A stretch of DNA of 64,000 nt from an uncultured delta proteobacterium. GTDB lineage: Bacteria > Desulfobacterota > Binatia > UBA9968. The DNA lies in NCBI GenBank assembly GCA_963840855.1, contig CAWJBB010000055.1:1-64000 (forward strand), in the 5' to 3' direction. The notes below the pieces were generated by a model. It was not told the DNA's origin, did no database searches, and was given only the letters and a program-made list of their open reading frames with translations. A program made the translations under genes and the position numbers. Shown piece after piece: positions 40,116 to 49,471 of the stretch (position 1 is the first letter of the stretch; each line of letters begins with the position of its first letter).

Positions 40116-41138
40116 ATGCTCTGCCAACTGTGTAAGGCGATTTGTCTTTCATTACTTCTGCTCGGCACAACGTTCGTGCCGCTCAACTCAGCCCAGGGGC
40201 AGTCCGAGGACGAACTGGCGCGCGGGGCAAAGAAAGAAGGGAAAGTGGTTTTCTGGAGCTCCATGCGCATTGAGGATTCGCGGGCGTTGGCGGCGGGCTT
40301 CGAGGCAAGATATCCGTTCATCAAAGTCGACATCTTTCGCGCCGGCGGCGAACAGATCGTCAACCGCGCCCTCGCGGAACATCTGGCGGGCAAAACGACC
40401 TACGATGTGCTCAACGCCTTCGCCCTCAAGGTAGTGCAAAACAAAGGGCTCTTGCAGGCCTATGCCGCGCCGGAAGCAACGTATTATCCTACCGGGTTTA
40501 AAGATCCGCAGAATTATTGGGTGTCGCTTTACAGCGGCTACAACGTGATCGGCTACAACACCAAGCTGGTAACCAAAGCCGATGCGCCGAGAAATTGGGA
40601 CGATCTTTTGCACCCGCGCTGGAAAGGTAAACTCGGCATGGATGATGAAGAATATTTTTGGCACGCGGGCATGCTCAAACACTGGGGCGAAGAAAAGGGC
40701 AGAAAGTACATGGAAGTGCTGAGCCGGCAAGGGCTTCAGTTCCGTAATGGCCACGCGTTGCTCGCGGACTTGATGTCGGTCGGCGAATTCCCCGCAGCCG
40801 TGGTTGTTTATCCGGACCACATCGAACAAATGAAAAACAAGGGCCAGCCGGTTGAGTGGATCAAGAGCACCGATCCGATTCTCGTCAACCTGGCGCCCGT
40901 CGCCGTTGCCGCCAAGGCGCCACAACCCAACGCCGCGAAGCTGTTCATGAACTACAGCATCTCGAAGGAAGGCCAGGAAATCCTGCAAAAAGCCCGGCGC
41001 GCCTCGGCGCGGCACGACGTTGCGCCTCTCGTCCCCGATATGGACCCCAGGAAGTTGAAGCTCGTGCCCCTGGACCCGGACATAGCGACCAACGCGGATC
41101 ATATAAAAGATTTTCGCCGAGTCTTCGGTTTAAATTGA
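40116..41138 (+). CDS. Extracellular solute-binding protein (Fe3+/polyamine-like cluster)
   Basis: Signal peptide; AKKEGKVV, YNTKLV, APRNWDDLLHPRWKGK, PNAAKLF. Confidence 0.85.
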   Translation: MLCQLCKAICLSLLLLGTTFVPLNSAQGQSEDELARGAKKEGKVVFWSSMRIEDSRALAAGFEARYPFIKVDIFRAGGEQIVNRALAEHLAGKTTYDVLNAFALKVVQNKGLLQAYAAPEATYYPTGFKDPQNYWVSLYSGYNVIGYNTKLVTKADAPRNWDDLLHPRWKGKLGMDDEEYFWHAGMLKHWGEEKGRKYMEVLSRQGLQFRNGHALLADLMSVGEFPAAVVVYPDHIEQMKNKGQPVEWIKSTDPILVNLAPVAVAAKAPQPNAAKLFMNYSISKEGQEILQKARRASARHDVAPLVPDMDPRKLKLVPLDPDIATNADHIKDFRRVFGLN

Positions 41139-41189
41139 TTTTAGCCGAAGATATTTGAAATTTTCGAACGAATTCTGCAGAACACAAAT

Positions 41190-42671
41190 ATGACATCACC
41201 AGAACAAACCATACACACCGATGAAGGCAATCTGCCGCGTCCCTACAACGACGTGAGGGAATGGCTCGACCTCGTCGAATCGATGGGTGAGCTCAAGCGC
41301 GTCGATGGCGCCGACTGGAATCTCGAGATCGGCACGATGGCGGAGCTTATCTATCGTGAGCGCGGCGGCACCATTCCGGCGTTGCTGTTCGACCGCATCA
41401 CGGGTTACCCCGAAGGGTTTAGAATTCTTTTCGGCCAGCAGACTTCCTACCGGCGTCTCGCGCTCATGGCCGGCTTGCCGATGGACAGCGTGGGGCTGAA
41501 GCTGGTCAGCCGGTTTAAAGATAAGCTCAACACGCTCCGGCCGATTCCGCCGCGGATAGTTACGACGGGACCGGTTTTCGAAAACAAGATGGCCGGCGAT
41601 CAGATCGACGTGCTCAAATTTCCCGCGCCCAAAGTTCACGAGTTGGACGGCGGCCGATTTATCGGCACGGCTTGCATCGCGGTCACGCGCGATCCAGAGG
41701 AAGGCTGGCTCAACCTCGGCACCTACCGGGCGATGGTGCATGACGCGAAATCCGTGGGTCTTTTCATGTCGTCCGCGGGCAAGCATGGACGCATGCACAT
41801 GGAAAAATATTTCAAACAAGGAAAGCCTTGCCCGGTTGTCTTGTGCGTCGGCCAAGACCCACTGCTGCTTCTGGCCGCGGGCAATCCAATTGAGTTAGGT
41901 TATTCCGAGTACGATTACTGCGGCGGCATCAGAGGCAGACCCTTCGATCTCGTCAAAGGGGAAGTTACCGGTTTGCCCTTTCCTGCCCACACCGAGATCG
42001 CCATCGAGGGATTTCTTCATCCGGGAGACATCAAGCCCGACGGGCCCTTCGGCGAGTGGCTCGGTTACTACGGCACCCGAATGGAAGATACGCCGGTGCT
42101 CCGGATCGAACGGATTTATTATCGCAACGACCCGATCTTATGCGTCGCGCGCCCGGGGCGCCCGCCGACGGATTACTCGCTCTCCAAAGGCATGATTCGC
42201 GCCGCTCAACTATGGGATCGCGTCGAAAAAGCCGGCTTGCCCAACGTAAAGGGCGTCTGGTCCCTCGAATCCGGCATCGGTAGTCTGTTTAACGTCATCT
42301 CGATCAAACAAGCCTATCCCGGCCACTCCCGCCAGGCGCTCTTTCTCGCGTCTCAGTCCCTCGGCGGCGCCTACAACGGGCGCTTCGTCGTAGTAGTCGA
42401 TGAAGACATCGATCCGACGAGCGAATTCGACGTGCTCTGGGCGATGGCGACACGCTGCGACCCCGAACAAGCGGTCGAAATCATCCGCCGCGCGGCGAGC
42501 GGTTCGCTGGACGTCTGCATTCCACCCGAGAACAAAGGGCACAGCTCGCGCTGTCTGATTGACGCCTGCATGCCCTACGAACGCCGGCATCAGTTCCCGC
42601 CCATCGCCGAATCGAGCGAGGAGCTAAAAAACCAAATCCGCGCGAAATGGAAAGCCACGATCTATGAATAA
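41190..42671 (+). CDS. UbiD family (prFMN-dependent) decarboxylase
   Basis: DWNLEIG, DGGRFIGT, NLGTYR, DGPFGEWLGYY, VVVVDEDID, WAMATRCDP. Confidence 0.92.
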   Translation: MTSPEQTIHTDEGNLPRPYNDVREWLDLVESMGELKRVDGADWNLEIGTMAELIYRERGGTIPALLFDRITGYPEGFRILFGQQTSYRRLALMAGLPMDSVGLKLVSRFKDKLNTLRPIPPRIVTTGPVFENKMAGDQIDVLKFPAPKVHELDGGRFIGTACIAVTRDPEEGWLNLGTYRAMVHDAKSVGLFMSSAGKHGRMHMEKYFKQGKPCPVVLCVGQDPLLLLAAGNPIELGYSEYDYCGGIRGRPFDLVKGEVTGLPFPAHTEIAIEGFLHPGDIKPDGPFGEWLGYYGTRMEDTPVLRIERIYYRNDPILCVARPGRPPTDYSLSKGMIRAAQLWDRVEKAGLPNVKGVWSLESGIGSLFNVISIKQAYPGHSRQALFLASQSLGGAYNGRFVVVVDEDIDPTSEFDVLWAMATRCDPEQAVEIIRRAASGSLDVCIPPENKGHSSRCLIDACMPYERRHQFPPIAESSEELKNQIRAKWKATIYE

Positions 42672-42732
42672 AAGTTTTCGCGGATTGCGCAAATTTTCTG
42701 GGGATCTGGAATACTCGAACCTGGGGAATTGA

Positions 42733-42880
42733 CTCCCGCCAAGGCGCAAAGCACGCCAAGTTCGGAGGGAAGAGATGAATTATCTTGGAGAATTTTTCAC
42801 CGTTATTTTCCGACCTTCGCGACCTTTGCGCCTTTGCGCGAGATATTCCGGCTTTTGGTTGCGGCTATGTCGCGCTGTGC
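42733..42880. repeat. CGCAAAGGCGCAAAG-type inverted repeat pair overlapping the SBP start
   Basis: CTCCCGCCAAGGCGCAAAGCACGCCAAG (42733-60) vs CTTCGCGACCTTTGCGCCTTTGCGCGAG (42815-42). Confidence 0.75.
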
Positions 42881-43821
42881 TCTTTGTGGTTAATTTTATT
42901 CCTTCGTGTCTTTCCGCGCAGGAGCCGCTGCGGGCCGGAACCATCTTCAGCGCCACTCAGGCGCCGCTTTGGGCGGCTAGAGAAGGCCGCTACTTCGAGA
43001 AGTACGGAATAAAGAACCTGGAAGTGATCCAGTTTTCCGGCGGCCAACCGGTGACCCGAGCACTGATCGGCGGGGACATTCAAATCAGCACCACCGGCGG
43101 CGCCGCGGTGGTCAACGCCCGGCTGAAGGGCGCCGATACAATAATCATCGCCAGAACCGTCGGCGTATTTCCGTATACGTTCTACGTCAGCAAGGAAATC
43201 CGCGACCCGTCGGAGCTAAAAGGGAAGAAGCTCGCGGTGAACACGGTGGGCGGCTCAGGCTACGTCGCCATGCAGTATGCTCTTAGAAAACTCGGCTTGG
43301 ACCCCGACAAAGACGTCGCGATGTTGCAGGTGGGTGACTTCGGCACCCGCCTCGCGTCGCTGGCGGCCGGAACGGTTCAAGGAACTTTGCTCCTTCCGCC
43401 TTTTACGTTGCGCGCGAAAGAACTTGGTCTGAAGCCCCTTTACGATATGGTGGGCAGCGGCATCCAATACCCGATCAATCAAATCACCACGCGGCAATCC
43501 TTCATCAAGTCGCAGCGCGAAACAGTGAAGAATTTCATGAGAGGTTTTGTCGCGGGCCTTGCGAAATTTCGCACGGACCGGGAATTTGGCTCGCGGGTGT
43601 TGGCCAAGAATCTGCGCGAAAGCGACCCGAAAATTCTTCAAGAGACCTATGAGTTCTGGTTGAAAGTTTTTCCGCGAGTCCCCAACCCAGGCCCCGAAGA
43701 CGCCACGGTTTTCTTGGAGCTCATGCAAGTCAAAGAGCAGCGCGACTGGAAAGACTTCGTCGACACGAGTGTCATGGACGAACTGGAGCGCGAAGGATTT
43801 CTGACCGCCGTCTACAAGTGA
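42775..43821 (+). CDS. SsuA/NMT1-like ABC substrate-binding protein
   Basis: PLWAAREGRYFEKYG, LKGKKLAV, LGLDPDKDV, DFVDTS; start uncertain. Confidence 0.85.
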   Translation: MNYLGEFFTVIFRPSRPLRLCARYSGFWLRLCRAVLFVVNFIPSCLSAQEPLRAGTIFSATQAPLWAAREGRYFEKYGIKNLEVIQFSGGQPVTRALIGGDIQISTTGGAAVVNARLKGADTIIIARTVGVFPYTFYVSKEIRDPSELKGKKLAVNTVGGSGYVAMQYALRKLGLDPDKDVAMLQVGDFGTRLASLAAGTVQGTLLLPPFTLRAKELGLKPLYDMVGSGIQYPINQITTRQSFIKSQRETVKNFMRGFVAGLAKFRTDREFGSRVLAKNLRESDPKILQETYEFWLKVFPRVPNPGPEDATVFLELMQVKEQRDWKDFVDTSVMDELEREGFLTAVYK

Positions 43822-43910
43822 GAGCGTTCTTCGCCAGGTTCTTGTGTCCCGATTCGATGATAAGCCCTTAAAGGGAATCCATCGTTTGGCAAACGATATA
43901 AGGGGCAATC

Positions 43911-44864
43911 GTGAGCCGTTCAATGACTAATATATTGATGATTTTGCTCACATTCCTATCTTTTCCCGGGTCGGTCGACGCGGCGGACAAGGTTCGAATC
44001 AGCATCTCCAACTTGAGCGGCCAGTTTATGACTTTCCCTCTGGCGCACAAAAGAGGCTTCCTCAAAGAAGAGGGCATCGAAGCCGAGATTATCCGGGTCA
44101 CCGGTGGAGCGGGCAGCGCGGCGTTGAGCAGCGGAGATTTGGACTACGGTACTGGTATGGCGGTCGGAGGCGCGATGACCGGACTACCCGTCAAGGTGGT
44201 GGCCTGCTTTGTGCCGGCTCCTGTTCTCGCGCTGGTTGCACGGGCTGAGGTCAGGTCAATCCACGAACTCAGGGGCAAGACAGTGGGGATTTCGACCTTT
44301 GGCGGTGTCTCGATTTTCGCGGCGCGGGTCATGGCCAAGCATTTCGGGCTTGATCCCGATAAGGATATGAAGTTTGTCGCCGTCGGCGCAGTCGAGGCTC
44401 GCTTTATCAGGCTCACCCAGGGCTTGATTGATGCGGCCATACTGGCTCCCCCGTTGGATTCCGAGGCGAAGAAGCGGGGCTTCAACATTCTCGCCAAGGC
44501 TGAGGATATACTCATCTTCCCCGAGACGGGTTTGGTAGCCGGCGTGAAGAAAATCCAGGACAAGCCGGATGAAATCAAGCGCGTCATCAAGGCGGGCATC
44601 AAGGCCAACCGCTATATTCGCGGCAATCGCGACGGAACCATTCAGTTCATCATGGAGTGGCTAAAGGTCAGTAAAGAGGTCGCCGCGGCTACCTACGACG
44701 GTGTGGCCAAAGTCTACAATGAGGATCCAAGCGTTTGTGAAAAAGGACTGCGCGTGACGATTGAAGAGAGAAAGCAGGCCTTGAAGATCAACCGGGATGT
44801 TCCCCTCAGCGAAGTCGCTGACCTCTCACTTATCAGAGAGGCGCTGAGGGAATTGCAAAAATAG
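43911..44864 (+). CDS. SsuA/NMT1-like ABC substrate-binding protein
   Basis: Signal peptide; RGFLKEEGIE, LRGKTVGIS, GLDPDKDM. Confidence 0.85.
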   Translation: MSRSMTNILMILLTFLSFPGSVDAADKVRISISNLSGQFMTFPLAHKRGFLKEEGIEAEIIRVTGGAGSAALSSGDLDYGTGMAVGGAMTGLPVKVVACFVPAPVLALVARAEVRSIHELRGKTVGISTFGGVSIFAARVMAKHFGLDPDKDMKFVAVGAVEARFIRLTQGLIDAAILAPPLDSEAKKRGFNILAKAEDILIFPETGLVAGVKKIQDKPDEIKRVIKAGIKANRYIRGNRDGTIQFIMEWLKVSKEVAAATYDGVAKVYNEDPSVCEKGLRVTIEERKQALKINRDVPLSEVADLSLIREALRELQK

Positions 44865-44894
44865 CTTCCCGTTTCACAACAGGAGGGTACAAGC

Positions 44895-46001
44895 ATGCCG
44901 CCCGTAGAACAAGACAAGCTTAAACGCTCTGGAATTGGACTGCGCGCATGCGATCACGAGCGCGCCTTTCCCGGCTACACATTGTTTGCGCCGCAAAGCG
45001 GCGGTGGCAAGGTTTACCTTATCGACCTTGATGGTAACCCCGTCCACACTTGGCAGATGCCCTATCCTCCCGGCAACTATGGCTATCTCACGGAACGAGG
45101 CACCCACTTTTATAACGGCCAGATCACCGAGGACTCGAAGCGCTTTATCAGCAAAAAACCCTGGAAAGGCGGCGTGGCCCTCGAAGCGGATTGGAACGGC
45201 CGCGTCCTTTGGGAAGTGCGCCACGCGGACCACCATCACGATGGCATACGACTTCGAAACGGCAATGTACTGTTAATTTGTGTAGCTCACCTGCCGCAGC
45301 ATCTTGTTGCACGGGTTAAAGGCGGCCGGGCCGGCACCGAGCACAACGGCGAGATGTATGCGGACTACCTCGTCGAGATGACGACCGATGGACGAGCCAT
45401 GTGGGAATGGCGTTCCTGGGAGCACCTCGATCCGGAAACTGATTGCATCACGGCGACACAAGATGAGCGGGAAGACTGGACCCATGCTAACGGTCTCGCC
45501 GAGCTGCCGGACGGCGATATTGTCGTGAGCTTTCGTCACATCTCGACCGTCATCATCATTGACCGTAAATCCGGAAACATTATTTGGAAGCTCGGCGCCC
45601 CGCCGCTATCCGGCCAGCATGCGCCGATGCCGCTTCCGAATGGCAACCTCTTGCTCTTCGACAACGGCCCGCACCGGCTTGATCATACGATGACGTTTTC
45701 GCGCATCATCGAAGTTGAATTGGCGACCAAGCGAATCGTTTGGAAATATCAAGAGAAGCGGGAGTATGAATTTTACAGCCCGCGCATGTCCAATGCACAA
45801 AGGTTACCCAACGGCAACACGCTCATTTGCGAGGCGGACTTCGGGCGCCTCTTCGAGGTCACAAGCACAGGCGAATTGGTTTGGGAATACGTCAATCCCT
45901 ATTTCGGCGAAGGGCCCAACGGAGCAAACAATCGCGTCTTTCGCGCCTACAGATATAGCGCCGAGGAGATCGCGAGAGCGAAAGCGACTGGAGGCGCGTG
46001 A
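44895..46001 (+). CDS. Arylsulfate sulfotransferase (ASST)-like beta-propeller protein
   Basis: GYTLF, HHHD, DWTHAN, SFRH, GQHA, LFDNG, AQRLPNGNTLICE. Confidence 0.85.
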   Translation: MPPVEQDKLKRSGIGLRACDHERAFPGYTLFAPQSGGGKVYLIDLDGNPVHTWQMPYPPGNYGYLTERGTHFYNGQITEDSKRFISKKPWKGGVALEADWNGRVLWEVRHADHHHDGIRLRNGNVLLICVAHLPQHLVARVKGGRAGTEHNGEMYADYLVEMTTDGRAMWEWRSWEHLDPETDCITATQDEREDWTHANGLAELPDGDIVVSFRHISTVIIIDRKSGNIIWKLGAPPLSGQHAPMPLPNGNLLLFDNGPHRLDHTMTFSRIIEVELATKRIVWKYQEKREYEFYSPRMSNAQRLPNGNTLICEADFGRLFEVTSTGELVWEYVNPYFGEGPNGANNRVFRAYRYSAEEIARAKATGGA

Positions 46002-46040
46002 TGAAAAACACTATTGCCACCGGCCATCCACTCTTTTTAT

Positions 46041-46250
46041 CCTCACGCCAAGCCTGTCCAGAGCAAGTCGAAGGGACGCCAAGAATGCCAAGTGACGGGC
46101 CAAAACCCGTTATCCCGAGCGAATGCGAGGGATCTAAGAAAGATTTCTCCCGACGTTTATCCTGAGCTTGCCGAAGGGGTCGATGACAAAGCGTTCCTTT
46201 GCGCCTTTGCGCGAGATATTTCGGCTTTAGTTGCGGCTCGCCGCGCTAGA
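46041..46250. repeat. Nested composite of three repeat families
   Basis: CACGCCAAG.../CTTTGCGCCTTTGCGCGAG arms enclosing GTTATCCCGAGCGAATGCGAGGGATCT and AGATTTCTC..[CCTGAGCTTGCCGAAGG]..GATGACA. Confidence 0.7.
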
Positions 46251-46314
46251 TCTCTATGGTAAATACTCCTTTACAGTAAACCTGGAAGAACCAAAGTTTT
46301 TAAGGAGCAATCAC

Positions 46315-47268
46315 ATGGCATTGAAACTATTTATGAGCTGCGGTCCCTACGACCGCGCCAAGGCGCTAATCGACGGCGCTGTGAAGCCGGAAGGCATCGA
46401 TCTCGAAGTTTATGTCAACCCGGATCCGGGCCGGCACACAGAGGTCGACGGCAGGGAATTCGATATCGCCGAGTTTTACTCCGGCCTCTACATCGCCGAC
46501 CTGCACTACAAATCCCTCGGCTACACTGCGATTCCGATTTTCGTCAAGCGGATGTTTCGCCACTCCTACATTTATATCAATAAGCGAGCGGGAATCCGCT
46601 CACCCGCCGACTTGAACGGGAAGCGCATCGGCGTGCAAAACTGGCTGACAACGACGGCGGTGTGGGCGAGAGGTCTCCTCGAAGACGAGTACGGTCTCGA
46701 CCAAAAATCCGTTACCTGGTTTACTGAACGGATGCGAAGCGTGGGGCAATGGAAGCCTCCGGCGTGGCTCAAGATGGAGCTTATACCTCAGAGTCGCACT
46801 CAGTTTGATCTACTCGCCGCCGGCGAAATTGATGCCGGCATTACCACTGAAACATGGGCGCCCAACGTTCACCCCGACATCGATTTTTTGTTTCCCAATT
46901 ACGCCGAGCTGGAGCGGGAGTATTTCAAGCGCACCGGTTTCTTCCCGATCATGCACACCTTGCTGATCAAAACTTCGCTCCTGGAGCAAAATCCCTGGGT
47001 GGCGATGAGCATGTTCAACGCCTGGGAAGAATCGAAACGGAAATGCTACGAGTGGCTCGAATGGCAACGCGTGCATCAGACTTCGCTCTGGTACCGAGCG
47101 TTGTGGGAGGAAGAGCAGGCCGTCGCGGGTCCCGATATTTATCTCTGGGGCTTTCAAAAAACCCGGCCCGAGGTCGACAAGTTACTGGATTACTGTTATC
47201 GCCAGGGCCTGACGACGCGCAAATTCGCACCTGAGGAGATGTTTCACCCGAGCACGCTGAAAACGTGA
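46315..47268 (+). CDS. 4,5-dihydroxyphthalate decarboxylase-like / PBP2-fold protein
   Basis: CGPYDRAKALIDGAVKPEGI, AIPIFVKRMFRHS, YFKRTGFFPIMH. Confidence 0.78.
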   Translation: MALKLFMSCGPYDRAKALIDGAVKPEGIDLEVYVNPDPGRHTEVDGREFDIAEFYSGLYIADLHYKSLGYTAIPIFVKRMFRHSYIYINKRAGIRSPADLNGKRIGVQNWLTTTAVWARGLLEDEYGLDQKSVTWFTERMRSVGQWKPPAWLKMELIPQSRTQFDLLAAGEIDAGITTETWAPNVHPDIDFLFPNYAELEREYFKRTGFFPIMHTLLIKTSLLEQNPWVAMSMFNAWEESKRKCYEWLEWQRVHQTSLWYRALWEEEQAVAGPDIYLWGFQKTRPEVDKLLDYCYRQGLTTRKFAPEEMFHPSTLKT

Positions 47269-47476
47269 CACAAAATCCCTCCTAACCTCCCTATACAAAA
47301 GGGAGGAAAGAACAGCTCTGAGCTTGCATCCCCTTTACGACGCGCGCGTATGCGTTGATTATTATCCCCCTTTGAAAAAGGAGAAGCTGGGAAAAAATTG
47401 AAAAATGTCTTGTCATAGCTAAATAACAATGCAAAAGTCGACTCCAGAATCATTTCGTCGAGCGGAGGTGCTTTGC

Positions 47477-47680
47477 ATGGGATATCTAACCGAGGTCCAA
47501 GTGGTCGAACGGGCCAACGGGCAGCGACAATTCTATCTGATATGTCCGGCGCCTTTGGCTAAAGCTCTCGAGAGGGAGAAAGGTGAGAGCATTGAGTGGG
47601 TGATTGAGAATAAGTGGATCCTTCGCATAACACGCACTGAAGCTCGAAGGGCGTCGCGGAGCTCGCATGCAAAACGATAA
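47477..47680 (+). CDS. Small AbrB/MazE-like protein inside IS1182
   Basis: RBS GGAGG; MGYLTEVQVVERANGQRQFYLICPAPLAKALEREKGESIEWVIE; overlaps transposase start. Confidence 0.6.
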   Translation: MGYLTEVQVVERANGQRQFYLICPAPLAKALEREKGESIEWVIENKWILRITRTEARRASRSSHAKR

Positions 47681-49216
47681 AGCTCTGGAGAGATCTAAGA
47701 CGCAGAAGGTGGCGTCTTGGTTGCGCTGCAAGCCCGTGGAGCGCAATCAACTGTTGTTGCGGGCGGTCGATGTGGAGAAGCTGGTGGGCGAAGAGCATGC
47801 GGTGCGAGCGATCTGGGAGTTGGTGGGTCAGTTGGATCTCACCCGGTACTACAGCGAGATTGGCGCCTTGGAAGGGCAAGCCGGCCGGCCGGTGTGGGAT
47901 CCTCGGGTACTGATCAGTTTGTGGATTTATGCCTATAAGGACGGGGTCAGTTCGGCGCGTGAGATTGCGCGTTTGTGTGAGTTTGATCCGGCCTATCAGT
48001 GGCTGACGGGGATGGAGGTGGTCAATTATCACACGCTGGCGGATTTCCGCATTGAATACGAGCAGGCGCTCAACGGCTTGTTTGTCGAAGTGTTGGGAGT
48101 GCTCAGCGACCAGGGACTGGTCACGCTTAAGCGGGTCATGCACGATGGGACCAAGATCAAGGCTTGCGCATCGGAGAAGAGTTTTCGGCGCAAACAAACC
48201 CTGGAGGCTCATCTTAAAGAGGCTGAGGAGCAGGTTAAAGCGATGGGAGATCCGCTCTCGGAAAAACTCAGTCAGCGGGTTTTTCGGGCGCGCCAGCGAG
48301 CGTTGCGCGAGAAGCAGGAGCGGCTTAAAGAGGCCCTTCGGGAGTTGGCGCAACTTAAGGCTACGCAGTGCGAGACAGCGCAGGATGAGCCCACAGAACA
48401 GGCAAAGAAAAAAGCAGCACGTGCCAGTAGCACCGACCCGCAGGCGCGCGTGATGTTGGGGGCCAAAGGGGCTTATGGGCCAGGCTACAACATCCAGATT
48501 TCCACCGACGCTCAGGCTAAGATCATCGTAGCAATGGGCGTGATGCAGTCCTCTAGCGACGCGGGGGAATTGGCAGGAGCCGTAGAACGAATCGAAGCGA
48601 ATCTTGGGCAAAAGCTCGGGCTGAAGGTGGTGGACGCAGCTTACTCGACGCACCAGGCCATTGAGGCGATGGCAGACAAAGAGATTGATTTGATTGGACC
48701 GCTGAGAGAGGGAAAAAAGATCCGTGGAATGATCCATTGAAACGTCGCGGTATTAGTCCAGAGTTTTATCCCGAGGCCTTTGGCTATGATCCGAGTACTG
48801 ACCATTACCGGTGTCCGGCAGAAAAGCTGCTTAGTTTTGAAACCGAGGAACGAAAGCCCGGTTGGGTGAGTCGTCGCTACCGGGCGCGACTGGCGGATTG
48901 TCGCAGCTGTCCTTTTCAGGCGCAATGTTGTCCCAAGACCAAAAAGGGACGTTCCTTGCTGCGTATGAAGAAGACGGCTCCACTGATGGCCTTTGAAGCG
49001 AAGATGCAGACCGAACAGGCGCAAAAGATCTATAAGCAGCGAGCCGGGGTCGCGGAGTTTCCCAATGCCTGGATTAAAGAGAAGTTTGGTTTGCGCCAGT
49101 TTCGCTTGCGCGGTGTGGTTAAGGTGGGACTGGAATCTCTTTGGGCCTGTCTCACCTACAATATTTGCCAGTGGGTGCGGCTTTGCTGGAAACCCCGGCG
49201 GTTGGCTCAAGCTTAG
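47667..49216 (+). CDS. IS1182 family transposase (-1 frameshift at A6G 48713-48719)
   Basis: GRPVWDP, YAYKDGVSSAR, HTLADFR, HDGTKIKA, STDPQAR, DAAY, YKQRAGVAEFP. Confidence 0.88.
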
Positions 49217-49471
49217 AGGAGACTCGGACAAACAAACCCGGTGGCGTCCATTGGGGCCGCAATACAGAGCTAGTGAGGGATCAATGATGGCTTAAAACTA
49301 TTCATGACTGATAGGGCGTCGAAAGTCCATCGCAAAAAAATCGCATGCAGCGAATCGAACCTCTGTTGTCGTAAAATTTTTTCAAGTTCGGAGGGGGACC
49401 AAGGGGGATTTGAACCACATCAGATACCGCCGCTGTTTGTGAGTCACAAGCCCACAGGATCATAACAAATC

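Larger units (their letters stand above)
47383..49389 (+). mobile_element. IS1182-family insertion sequence
   Basis: IRL GAAGCTGGGAAAAAATT, IRR AATTTTTTCAAGTTC, flanking GGA(G) duplication; splits a palindromic repeat. Confidence 0.8.

Noticed and set aside
48738-48740. TGA in the IS1182 transposase as a second Sec codon
   Set aside because: Homology continues in a different frame, so this is a frameshift, not read-through
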